Made by a program: the position numbers and the translations under genes | DNA from: Octopus sinensis | Lineage: Eukaryota | Assembly (NCBI RefSeq): GCF_006345805.1 | Contig: NC_043003.1 | Span: 108,128,001 to 108,192,000 of the forward strand | Direction of reading: 5' to 3' | Length of the DNA stretch: 64,000 bases | The notes under the pieces: model-generated | The model's database searches: none | What the model saw: only the letters and a program-made list of their open reading frames with translations | What the model was told of the DNA's origin: nothing | Part shown: positions 11,771 through 23,760 of the stretch, piece after piece | How the letters are laid out: each line of letters starts with the position of its first letter | How positions within the stretch are numbered: the first letter of the stretch is position 1

Positions 11771-12526
11771 TCGTCTAACATCACTTCGTCCACGTCTTTT
11801 CGTCCGACATTTTTTTGTCCCACGATTTTTGTCCAGTTTTAGAAAACAAGGTGAAATATTCACAGAACTATAACGAGCCTCATTATAAGATTATTATTAT
11901 CGTTCTTTTTCCTTCTCTTAACAATTTTGCTTTCTCTTTTTCCTTTTCTCTCTTAAGTAAGGTGTTGTGTATAGAGTGTGCTGCAAATTTAGTGTACACA
12001 TTTTTAATTTACCCGTCCCGAAAGTTCATAGTATCGACCAAAAACAAAAGAAAAGTAGTTGATGATAGTAATTATATCTACGATGTTCATTCAAGCAGTA
12101 CAAAACTAGGAAAAGAATACTGGAGATATGAGATAGGAAGGCTATGTTCTGTGTGAATTCACACTGTAACGGAAAACAATGAGCCGAAAATTAATTATTT
12201 TTCTGGTAAGCATCTTCATCCAGCTGATGTAGATTCGTTAAATGCTAGAAAAGTAGTTTCAGAAATAAAGCATGAAGCGGTGGAAAACATAGCAGCAAGT
12301 TTGTGTAGCATAATAGCGAACTTTCTTTTCAAATACATTTTTGCACAGTATTTTACATGAATCCTATCAATAAAATTCTCAATGATTATTTGATTTTCCT
12401 GTTCACCTTGTTTTCTAAAGAGCTTATTTAAAATTGGACAAAACGTCGTACAAAAACATCGTCGCATCAAAAGACGTGCACGAAGTGATGTTAGACAAAG
12501 TGACATCGGACGAAAGGTCACGTCAC
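11771..12526 (+). mobile_element. non-autonomous Mutator-like (MULE) derivative with long TIRs and a FLYWCH-like domain remnant
   Basis: gtctaacatcacttcgtccacgtctttt...ttagaaaacaaggtgaa at 11773-11855 is inverted at ~12402-12497. The interior translates as KRKVVDDSNYIYDVHSSSTKLGKEYWRYEIGRLCSV*IHT...GKHLHP, resembling a FLYWCH YWRC..C..H.H pattern. No TSD found. Confidence 0.55.
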
Positions 12527-12654
12527 GTATATATAACTTTATAATGATATATCATAATAATAATATATACTAGCTGGACCCGTGAAAAGTTCACGGAAAA
12601 ATAAAAAAAATGTAAGCATCTGTAAACAGTGTACTGGTGCCATGAGAAATGTTT

Positions 12655-12830
12655 GTATATTATGATGGTCTGTCTTTACGTTCTGAGTTCAAATTATGCC
12701 GAGATCGACTTTGCCTTTCGTCCTTTCAGAGTCAAGAAATTAAGTATCAGTTGTGTATTTGGGTCGATCTAATCAACTGGCCCCCTCCCCACAAAAACTT
12801 CAGGCCTATAAAAGTATATTGTGACAGTTA
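12655..12830 (+). mobile_element. SINE family B fragment
   Basis: cgttctgagttcaaattatgccgagatcgactttgcctttcgtcctttc...gggtcgatctaatc; homologous to 20005-20395 and 52300-52505. Confidence 0.85.
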
Positions 12831-13295
12831 CAATATAGAAAGTATCGTAACACCAATGATTATATAATCCAACCAAAATATCTGTTACACGAACGTAAAC
12901 GGGATTACTATTTAACCTTAAAATACATCGTACATATTCAAAGAACCTTAATATACAAATTAAAATGCAAACGAACGAAATAATAAATGGATTTATGAAT
13001 GAAAGTTTGGTAACTGCGTTTAATTCCACCACGCAACACATTATTGCAAACATATTTTAACTTACCTAAACTATACACACACAAATACATTCATATATAT
13101 GTCTCAAGTTGTAGCTGTAATTCAATGGAGCCAGCCTTGTCATATTCTGTGAGAGGCTGAATCTCCCTGGGAACTACGTTAATGTTATGCATGTCTTTCT
13201 TATGTCGTCTCTGAAACATTTAAAAACACAAAAAGAACGCTGTCACCACTCACTGTCTCTTTCACTCTCTCTCTTTCTCTCTCACTCCCTCACTG

Positions 13296-13326
<31 letters not shown>

Positions 13327-14407
13327 TACTTCCTCTCTGTCCTCCTCCTCTCTCTCTCTCTCGCTTTTCCACTTCCTTGAAGTAAGTGTGACGCACACAA
13401 CAGGTACGCACAGAAACAAAAAGCGTATTAATATTATTGATACTCTGATTTGAAGTAACATTTATATATAAACAATTGACTGAAAAATGATGAGTTAACC
13501 CAAATCAGAATTGAACCCACAAATCAACCCTTACATGGCACCTTGCGCATCCGATTGGGCCATAAGCTCACCCATCAATTTCAGTAAATAGACGTCCATA
13601 GTCGCTTTATATTTATAACTTACAAAACCTGATTTCTTTATAAATATAGTTACTTCGTGGAAGTAATATCCTCATTAGGGGTTATATAATCTAAGGTATT
13701 CCATTAATTAATCCCTATCATATAATGCGAAAGTCATTGGTAAATGTTAGGGATTATTGAAATCAATATTGATGAAAAAGGAAAATTGAGAAATAATGAA
13801 TCTATGAATAATATATTTGTATGTTACAAAATGATGAAAATTTCTTTTAAAAAACATAACAGAACAAATAAATTGATTACAAGTTGTAAAGCTCAAAAAA
13901 TGAAATAAAGGAACTACATATTTTTTCAGTCCTATCACCAAGTTGATCACAAGTTCCAAACATTTGGTTAAATGCTAAGAAAGGTATCATATTCTAATTA
14001 TATGGTGGCAGGACTTCTTCAGGCTTAATTCTGAGCTCATGGAACTTAGATAATCATTTTTCTTTGAAGGATGCATACAGAGTATTAGTGGGTTAAAGAA
14101 TTTTAAAGCTATATATGGTAAGTGCTTCCAAGTGATGGGTTCTATATATTCATGAATATACCTTATATCAGGAAACAAATAAATAAAATATGCATAATTT
14201 TTTTTTAATAAAATCAAGCTAAAAAGATAAAATAAAATAAAAAATATAATATAAAAGTAAAGATTTGCACGTACACGCATAAGTAACAAATAAATTTATG
14301 TATGTGTATATATATCGAATAATACTATACATCATGAATATTAATAGGTTATACACCAAAACGCATGTATATATTATAACATACATATATATATATAATA
14401 TACTATA

Positions 14408-14438
<31 letters not shown>

Positions 14439-14447
14439 CTATCATAT

Positions 14448-14488
<41 letters not shown>

Positions 14489-14490
<2 letters not shown>

Positions 14491-16250
14491 AAAATAGTAA
14501 AGAGTTGAAAAAACGACAGAAGGCTTAAATGTTAAAGAATATATATATTTGCGTCAATATGTCTGGAGAATATTGGAAAAATTTTTTTCCCCTTCTTATA
14601 ATGACATAATTTTATAATTTTTAAAGAAAGACCGGTTTCGCATTTAGCTCTTCAAATTTCTTGCGACGTAATGTTTATCTTTAATAGCGTTATCCTTGTT
14701 TTTTTTTGCTACGGAGAGTTCTAAATAAGGGAAGGTAGTGCGTGATTTCTTCCGGTGTAAGGGAGATAATCGCTTTAAAAAATTTTTTTCCCTTTTTCTC
14801 TTAGTGTGAATTTCTCTATATTATTATGTTTGGATAGTTGAGTCTGGGTTTGTACTTTTCAATGAAGAATGTTTCCTTGTTTAGTCTAATTTGTGTTGAT
14901 GATCCGAAAGCACATTGGTAAAATGGAAAGATTAAAAATTGTGGTTGTAGTTGCTTTGCGTATTTCTCAATGTGCTCACTAAAAGGTATCATTCTATATT
15001 CTGGGAATGCCAATCTGTTGTCGATGCAGTGTGCATCTACGTCTGAGTGATAGTCCCGTGGACCCCACGTAGTCTTGGTGGCAGCCCGAGCATTTTATGA
15101 CATAAATTATGTTTTCAGAGGCACAAGTAAAGTTAGATTTGATCTTGAATTTCTGTCCCTCTTTAAAGAAGAATTCTGATCCTTCTAGTAGGTTAGGAGA
15201 TGTTGCACAGTTCGATCTACCACATTTTTTTACTTTTGCATCCGTAATTTCAGAAGATAATTTTGCCTTTGTGAGAATCTTTTTAACTGATTTAGGCTGT
15301 TTGTAGCTTTTAATGATTTGGTGTATGTTTAGAATTTCCTTTAATTTGGAGTTTTTATGAAGTATTGGTAAATTTGGGTGATGATGGTGAAAGCTTCTTG
15401 TTTCTGGGGTTGTATGTAGATATGTAAGGTAGTATTTTCGGGGAAGGTGTGTTGTTGTGTTGAACTTTTCTTAAAGTTTCTATGTTGATTTCTGTTGCAC
15501 GTCTGATCCCATCCTCTATGAGTTGAGCTGGGTAATGTCTGTCAATTAAGGTGTTTTTGAGTTCTTGCAGTCTGAAGTTCCTGGTATTTTGTTCTGACAC
15601 TATTGTGCATATCCTTCTTGCAAGGTTGAAGGGGATGTTTGTTTTAGTGTGTCTTGGGGGCATGAATTAAAGAGAGGTATTGTTTGGCGTCTGTGGCTTT
15701 GTAGAAAATGTCTGTTTCTATTTTAAGGTTAATTTTTTTAATTAGTATATCAAGAACGGGAGCTTCCTTTTGGTTGTATTCCATGTGAACTGTATATTTG
15801 GGTTTATGCTGTTCAATAGGTTTTTAAATTTTAAGAGTTTATCGTGTTTTCATTCAAGAGAATAAAACAATCGTCCAAGAATCGTTTCCAGTTCTCTTTT
15901 ATGTATTGAGAAAGGGGGTTTCCAAAGATTGATAAAGATTCCTGGTAAATGATTATTTCCATGTATCCCATTGTTAAGTTCGCAATGACTGGTGCTGCCC
16001 TTGTACCCATAGCAATAAAAAAAAAACAAAACAAAAAAAAAACAAGGATAACGCTATTAAAGATAAACATTACGTCGCAAGAAATTTGAAGAGCTAAATG
16101 CGAAACCGGTCTTTCTTTAAAAATTATAAAATTATGTCATTATAAGAAGGGGAAAAAAATTTTTCCAATATTCTCCAGACATATTGACGCAATATATATA
16201 TTCTTTAACATTTAAGCCTTCTGTCGTTTTTTCACTCTTTACTATTTTCT
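14489..16250 (-). mobile_element. Penelope-like element, 5'-truncated, bounded by inverted pLTR copies
   Basis: Minus strand encodes the RT C-terminus (AMGTRAAPVIANL, WKRFLDDCFIL) and a GIY-YIG region closely similar to 47080-48380. 14489-14708 and 16032-16250 are near-identical reverse complements. Confidence 0.93.
14624..14662 (-). ncRNA. minimal hammerhead-like motif in the Penelope pLTR (mirror copy 16079-16117 on +; mutated copy 46996-47034 on -)
   Basis: aagaaa-t-TTGAAGA-gc-taaat-gc-GAAAC-cg-GTC-tttctt: U3 core variant, 2-bp stem II, palindromic stem III ACCGGT, and stem I AAGAAA/TTTCTT with one unpaired T. Confidence 0.5.
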
Positions 16251-16298
16251 TATATATTCACCCACGTGCTTTCACAAACAAACTTTCTTATCTATCTA

Positions 16299-16368
<70 letters not shown>

Positions 16369-16639
16369 CGCAGTCGGACATACAGCCATGGGTATATTTG
16401 CACAAACTTATAATCACATATATATACTCTATGCTAAAACATATTTTAACATATCTTAATATATTTTAATAATATTTTATATATATATATAAATAAAATA
16501 AATAGATAAATAAATAAATAAGTACTTTTGGAAAGGAAAGTTTATGAATTATACGATTGTTTGCTTGAGTGTGTTAAAGTAATAAAAATATCGAATATAG
16601 AAAAGACTGAAGGTATGGGAATGTTATGTATATATTACT

Positions 16640-17502
16640 TAGTAAATAATTTTAATGATTAAAGTTATAGATATAAATTCAGGTTCTAAGTATCTAATTA
16701 ATGAAGTTTCAAGTTTAGTAAATTATTAATGGTAGATATTAAGTCAAAATATGTGATATTAATAATTGTAAGGATTGTATAATTAAGGAGAGAACATATC
16801 GACGTTCTCATTTAAAGATTATTTACTATAAATATATTTAATATATGCACCGGGTATGATATCTAAATTCAAACATAACGAAAGTGAAAAAGAAACAGAA
16901 AATGCGATATACAATAATTTACTTTCTATATTTATATTTATGAATTATTGTCGATAGTTTGCTGAAACACAATGGAACGATTGAGTATGTGCATCGGGTT
17001 TAATATATAAATGCAAAAATATCTAAAACGGTAATGAGATGTACGATAATTGACTTCAGCGAGAAAAAGTAGTAAATGAATAGCGGAGAAGGTTATGGAC
17101 ACACATTCAGATTCTAATAGGTGTCTACTTGATAGATAGAGTTTCAAGTGTACTAAATTATTAATGGTAGATATTAAACCAAAATATAAATAATAATAAT
17201 AATAATAATCCTAAGGAGTTTGTAAGTAAGGGGAGAACATAATGAAGTTCTCATTTAAAGATTATTTACTATAGAAATACTTAATATTTGATATGTGCAC
17301 CGGGTATAATATTTAGAATCGAAAATAACGAAAGCGAAAAGGAAAAAAATGAAATATACGATAATTTACCTTTTATATCTATATTTATGGCTTTTCCTCG
17401 ATAGGATACAAACATACATTGGAATTATTTAAGATGTGCACCGGATTTGGTATATAAATACTAAAATAACGAAAACTGTAATGAAATATTCGATAATTGA
17501 CT
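16640..17502. repeat. old diverged tandem duplication (~430-450-bp period) with an internal ~140-bp subrepeat
   Basis: aaattattaatggtagatatt and gttctcatttaaagattatttactata each occur in both units; the tgca(c/t)cgg anchor is at 16846, 16990, 17296 and 17437. Confidence 0.8.
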
Positions 17503-17789
17503 GCGTATATATATATATATATATATATTTGTAAAAAATGAAGTTCGAAAATGCTGCTATATTATACAATTTTTAATTTTTATATATACATTATAACATG
17601 TTTCAGTTATATATATATAAGTCAGTCGCCATGATAGATCGTTAGCCACAACACACATTTTTTTCTCTCCTTGATTTTTCTGTGTCCCTTTCTGTAGAAT
17701 AGCGTAGGCTCGAACACGTAAAAGACTTTTTCTATTCCTGAGCGTTATACTAATACATCTGTATTATAATACATCTGTATTATACTTAA

Positions 17790-18961
17790 CAAAAAGAGAT
17801 TTTTGCCGAGTTTTGAATTTTCAACATTTTTTATTCACATTGTCTGATAATACATACAAATATTTGCCGAAATACATCAATAAATTAACATTGATATTTT
17901 TTTCACCGTTGTATCAATCATCTGAAATGGAACTGTCAAAGCACGATATTCGAGCAATTTTGATATTCATCATAAAAAAATGAAGTAAAGCAGCTGAATC
18001 TGGTCGCGATATCAAAGAAAAAATATTTAGTGAGGAAATGACCAGTGAGTGGTCAGCTCGAAAACAGTTTAAACGATTTCGCAGTGGAGATCTGAGCCTT
18101 GAAGTTTGTTAGCGTAGTGGACGCCCAACCATTCATCAATGACTGTTAATGAAAGACGATCATTGAGAAAGATCCACGTAAAGCCAGTCATTAACCAGGA
18201 AACTGCCTGCAACCATTTGCATACGATCGGAAAATCAAAAGGGCTTGCCAAATGGGTACCACACGATTTGAATTAAAATCAGAAAACGCGCAGACCGATC
18301 CCTTTCTCAAATGTATTGCAACCTGTGATGAAAAGTGGATTCTGTACAATCATAAAAAACGTTCTTCGTAATGGTTGGACCAAAGTAAAGTACTGAAAAC
18401 CTTCCCTAAACCCTGGCTCTTCAAAACGATTATGGTGACTGTTTGGTGGTGTACTGCTGGATTCATCCACTATAACTCCTTAAAACCCGAAAAAAACCAC
18501 TACTGCAGAAACGTATTGCCATGAAATTGCCAAAATGAACGAAAAATTGCTACTCCTCCGACCCAGACTGGTAAACAGAAGAGAGCCAACCATTCTGCAT
18601 GACAATGCTCGACCACACGTTTCACAAATGACGCTCCAGAAGTTGAGGGAACTTGACTACAATGTTCTTCTCTACCCAACGTATTCCCCAGACCTTTCTC
18701 CTGCCGTCTATCACTTTCTCAAGCAACTTGATGGTTTCCTGCAAGAGGAGTTAAAAAAGCAAACCAATGCTGAAAGCGCATTCAAAGAGTTCATCAGCGC
18801 CAGAACTCCAGATTTTTCTGTTACCGGAATAAATAAACTTGTAACTCGTTGTCAAAAGTGTGCTGATTATGATGGTACTTACTTTGATGACTAAAATTTC
18901 CGCATTGTTGAAATAATTTGTGATGAATTTCATGTTTCAAACGATGCTTCTTACTACGTAG

Positions 18962-18966
<5 letters not shown>
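17790..18966 (+). mobile_element. mariner transposon, degenerate
   Basis: ATG 17927 MELSKHDIRAIL...FKRFRSGDLSLE; then TCDEKWILY, and ILHDNARPH...YSPDLSPAVYHF in ORF 18535-18894 (third Asp replaced by Val). Right end is followed by TA; a left TIR was not found. Confidence 0.9.
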
Positions 18967-18996
<30 letters not shown>

Positions 18997-19016
18997 GATA
19001 GTATATATTCATATAT

Positions 19017-19049
<33 letters not shown>

Positions 19050-19075
19050 ATAGATAGATAGATAGATAGATAGAC

Positions 19076-19152
<77 letters not shown>

Positions 19153-19392
19153 TGTATGTATAACATAAATTCAGCGTATACGTGTGTGTATGTGTGTACG
19201 AGTGCGTGTATGTACACCAACCTTTTTTCAATACATGCATATATGCATTAATATGTGTGTGTATGTGTGTGTTTGTTTGTGTGTGGTTGTGTGTGAGTGT
19301 GCGTGCGTGCGTGCGTGATCATAACTGTCTGACGAACGGTAACGTGAAACTCAAAGCAAACAGTATGTGAAGAATTTTTCAGCTTTAATAAA

Positions 19393-19455
<63 letters not shown>

Positions 19456-19592
19456 ATAGCATGGCCAAACCTCATGAGCTGAAACTAGATCAAATCAAAT
19501 CATATATATACCTTTCCGAGCGTTAAACAAATACAACTGTTTGTTATTTACAGACCTGTCTTCGTCTTTGTTTTTTTTTTTGTAAATTCCAA

Positions 19593-19636
<44 letters not shown>

Positions 19637-19667
19637 ATATATATATATATAGATATTAGATAGATAG

Positions 19668-19759
<92 letters not shown>

Positions 19760-19790
19760 CGATAGATAGATAGATAGATATAGATATAGG
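18965..19790. repeat. TA / GATA / TG microsatellite cluster
   Basis: Directly visible. Confidence 0.9.
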
Positions 19791-20004
19791 GCTCAGGTCT
19801 CCACTGCTAAAATAGCTTTAACCATTTTGGAGCTAACCACTCACTAGTCATTTCTTCACCAAACATTTCTTTGATATCGCGAATAGTTTCGGCTGCTTTA
19901 CGTCCTTTTTCGAAGGTGAGTATATATATATATATATATATACACGAGAGGAAGTCAAAATCCATCGTTTCCTCTGTAACATATTTTTATGATTCTTTTG
20001 TGTT

Positions 20005-20395
20005 TTATGCAGAAGGCTCGAAATTTTGGAGGAGTCAGCCGGTTAGATCGACCCAGTACGCAACTGGTACTAAATGTATCGACCCGAAAGCAGAGAAAGG
20101 CAAAGTCGACCTCGGCGGAATTTGAACTCAGAACGTAAAGACAGACGAAATACCTATTTCTTTACTAGCCACAAGGGGCTAAACACAGAGAAGACAGACA
20201 AGGACAGACAAACGGATTAAATCGATTATATCGACCCCAGTGCGTAACTGGTACTTATTTAATCGACCCTGAAAGGATGAAAGGCAGAGTCGACCACGGC
20301 GGAATTTGAACTCAGAACGTAGCGGCAGACGAAATACCGTGAAGCATTTCGCTCGTTGGGCTAAGGTTTTTGCCAGCGCTCTGCCTTTAACATAT
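20005..20395 (-). mobile_element. SINE family B, with an internally duplicated (dimer-like) body
   Basis: gtcgacc(t/a)cggcggaatttgaactcagaacgta occurs twice (~20105 and ~20290); tRNA-like head at the 20340-20395 end. Confidence 0.88.
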
Positions 20396-21009
20396 CTTTA
20401 TAATTGTTACACTGCCTTCTGCACATTCGTGCTTATAGTTGTTACTACTGTGGTCACGTGATTGAAGTTTTAGCCTGATCGCGTGATTTTTCTTTCTGGC
20501 TTCACAGTTGAATCATGGCCACACCTCTCGCAATGTGCACTAATGAAGAACAAGGAACACACACACACAGTCACAGACACACACACACACACACACACTC
20601 GCACATAAATATGTGTATATAATTACGTGTATCCTTAAATCCTTTAAAATGTTTTAGCTCGAAGGCCGCGGTCATGCTGATTATTTAAGGAAGGGTTATC
20701 CAAAGCTCAAATACAGAAACTAGACTATCCAATATGGTGCCAGCCTGATTCACAACTGCTTTATAAGTATCTGATTTGTGCTGTTGACTGGGTAATCATA
20801 CCGCATACATGTTTTCTAAGAAATCCGTGAAACGTTCCATCGGGAGATTCACTTCCTCAATCACACTTTTCCGTTCATCGGTAGTTTAGAAATGTATTTC
20901 CATGTTTATCCACAGTGAGCTTATGTGTGCAAATACATACATACATACATACATACATACATACATACATACATACATACATACATACATACATACATAC
21001 ATACATACA

Positions 21010-21312
21010 TGTGGAGGCACATGGTCTAGTGGTTAGAGCAGCGGACTCACGGTCGAGGAATCACAGGTTCGAATCTCAGACGAGGCGATGTGAGTGTTTA
21101 CGAGCGAAACACCTAAGCTCCATGCAGCTCCGGCAGAAGGTAATGGCGAAACTTCTGCTGACTCTTTCACCACAACTTTCTCTCACTCTTTCCTCCTGCA
21201 TCTTGCGGCTCACCTGCGACGGACCGGCGTCCCGTCCAGGTGGGGAACCTATACGCCAAGAAACCGGGAAACCGGCCTTTATGAGCCAGGCATGACTCGA
21301 GAAGGAACAAAC
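21010..21312 (+). mobile_element. tRNA-derived SINE family C embedded in (ACAT)n
   Basis: A box-like tggtctagtggttagag and B box-like ggttcgaatct; central cctgcgacggaccggcgtcccgtccagg domain; ACAT repeats on both sides. Confidence 0.8.
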
Positions 21313-21456
21313 AACATACATACATACGTACGTACGTACGTACGTGCGTGCGTGCTTGCGTGCGTGCATGCGTGCGTGCGTGCGTGCATGCATGCATGCA
21401 TGCATGCATACATACATACATACATACATACATACATACATACATACATACATACA

Positions 21457-21720
21457 ACTACCCAAGATACACTTTCAGCTTCATGCCTATTGCTATTGAA
21501 GCAACAGGGCACATAACCCGTCTAAAGCAAAGTATGGCTGAACTTGGGGATAGAATGCAAATCTATAATTCATATACTACAAATGATCACGATATCTGGG
21601 ACTATAAAAATCTGCAAGACCGTAAGATTTAAAGGGTGATGGATAAAATAAGATACTTGCTACCAAGTAGGTGGCCGATCATGATCATAACTAAGAACAT
21701 TATAAGTTCGAATGTTCTTG
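21457..21720 (+). mobile_element. R4/Dong-like LINE, extreme 3' fragment
   Basis: YPRYTFSFMPIAIEATGHI...LQMITISGTIKICKT (with a frameshift) aligns by eye with the C-terminus of the element at 1-943 (YPHYKLRFIPVITGAL...ETVKICKT). Confidence 0.6.
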
Positions 21721-22124
21721 AAACACATATCACTTTTTACAAACATTAATATATTAATGAAACTCTATCATGATGTGAATTATGTAATGTGAGAGAAGAT
21801 ATAAATTCTAATAGAGATAAATCAAGTTCATTAACATATATATAGCAATTTTGAGTAGCTTTCTCCGTGATTGGTTATCACATAGCTACAGTATCACTTC
21901 ATACATGTTTTTATTTTTATTGCAACAAATGAATATATTAAAAGATATATCATAAAGATCATATTTCTCGTTTTATACTAAAATGAATGCGAAAAATTTT
22001 AATGTCTGAACTAAAAATAAGTTTGAAATTTACTGAAAATAGAGAAATATATGAGGAGGCGAATGAAGAATCTCAAAACTGCAGAGTTGTACATGTATGT
22101 TTATGTATGTGTATAAGACAATAC

Positions 22125-22520
22125 TGCAGGCTGGTGTGGCTGTGAAGTAAGAATATCGTTACTCAATCATATGGTCCCGGTTTCAGTCCCACTACGTAGC
22201 ACTTTGCGCAAGTGTTTTCTACTATAGCATTGAGCCGACCAAAGCCTTGTGAATGGACTTGGAAGACGGAAACTGAAAGAAGGCCATCGTATGTGTGTGT
22301 GTGGATGTGTGTGAGTGTGTGTGTATTGTATTTGTATGTTTGTCGCACACAGCCACTTGACAACCAGTGTTGGTCCCTGTAACTTAGCAGTTCGGCAAAA
22401 AAGACTGATAGAATTAGTACCAGGCTTAAAAAGAAAATACGTACCGGGTCGATTATTTCGACTAAAATTCCTCGAAGTGGTGCCCCAGCATGGCCGCGCT
22501 CTAATGACTAAACAAGTAAT
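22125..22520 (+). mobile_element. SINE family A
   Basis: Head, body and ccccagcatggccgc...aacaagt tail are present. Confidence 0.88.
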
Positions 22521-22536
22521 ATATATTTATAAAAAT

Positions 22537-22938
22537 GCGGATGTTGTGTGTGTGGTGAGAACTTTACTTTCCAGTCACATGGTCCCTAGTTGATTCTCAC
22601 TGCATGGTCCCTGGTTCAGTCTCATTTGGGCAAGTGCTTTCTACTATAGTCTTGGGCCAACCAAGGTCTTTTGTGTGGATTTTGTACGCCGAAACTGAAA
22701 ATAACTCGTCACATATATAAACATGTGTGCGCATGCGTGTGTGTGTGCGTGCATTACTTTGCATCTGTGTCATCCACTATCGCTTGACAACCGGCGTTGT
22801 CAAGCGATAGTGGGTGACACAGTTTACATCCCGCGTAACTTATCTGTTCGGCAAAGGGGACCTATAGAATAAGTACCACACTAAAATCTTTCGAGGTGGT
22901 GCACTAGCATGGCCGCAGTCTATTGACGGAAACAAGTT
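22537..22938 (+). mobile_element. SINE family A (second, more diverged copy, directly adjacent)
   Basis: Same motifs as the preceding copy; followed by (GATA)n at 22945-23070. Confidence 0.85.
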
Positions 22939-22946
22939 ACAGATCC

Positions 22947-23069
<123 letters not shown>

Positions 23070-23099
23070 TGAAATGCGTCTGAAAGAGAAATCAGAATC

Positions 23100-23760
23100 T
23101 CTGTCTTACGGAAAAACATTCACTATGAAGGTGAAAAAAATAGCACAACGTATATTCCATTTGTAGTTACTCAAAATCCTGGAAACCACAACACATCTCT
23201 AACAGATAATTAAAACATCACAAATTGTCAACAGACGTAGAGAATCAGCAAGTCTCAAAAGGCGCCTAACGAGGACGGAGAAAGAGATGAGGACGGAGAA
23301 AGAGATGAGGACGGAGAAAGATATGAGGACGGCATCAAACAATGGAGACCTCGTCGTGAAACGTGTGAAATAATTGAACAATGAACGACCAAAATATTCA
23401 GGAATGGAAATGAATTAAAGGTGAAAGCAAACATGAATTGCAAAACAAAACAATCTCATCCACTGAATCCCATGCCCAAAATGTGAGTTGCACCGGAGAA
23501 ATATGATCATAACTAACCAGTCGTGAGAAAAGGCGCAAACCGCAAATTAAAGATTCATTTGTGATAAATATTCCATGTAGTGCCATCAATATTCCATGTG
23601 CTAATGGAAAATTGGAAATAGTTCCTCTTTTCAATATAAACGAAGAAAATTACCAATTACGAACAGCAAAAGAACACTTTATAAGAGCTCAAAATCCGAA
23701 ACTAAACCGGAAACAGTCAACACCATAACTAAAAGCAACTTCCTCTATAGGGATTAGCCC
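23100..23760 (+). mobile_element. degenerate Penelope-like 3' fragment (GIY-YIG region)
   Basis: Frameshifted frames give FVVTQNP, RRESASLKRRLTR, FRNGNELKVKANMNCKT, PCSAI..CANGKLEIVPLF and AKEHFI...PKLN. An 18-bp tandem repeat (gaggacggagaaagagat x3) lies at ~23270-23330. Confidence 0.65.

Noticed and set aside
12563-12600. possible Helitron-type end (tactagctggacccgtgaaaagttcacgg)
   Set aside because: Only a short motif and hairpin; no matching other end or Rep/helicase sequence.
17620-17770. degenerate hammerhead-like string (ctgtagaatagcgtaggctcgaacacgta) in a repeat with a partial second copy near 19515
   Set aside because: Both core boxes are broken, so it cannot be supported from this copy. 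Candidate motifs near 23820 and 37190 were rejected for the same reason.
21010-21085. possible tRNA gene
   Set aside because: A/B-box-like head continues into a SINE body; no complete cloverleaf could be folded. The same applies to the heads at 13500-13570, 30385-30470, 55530-55615 and 59017-59125.
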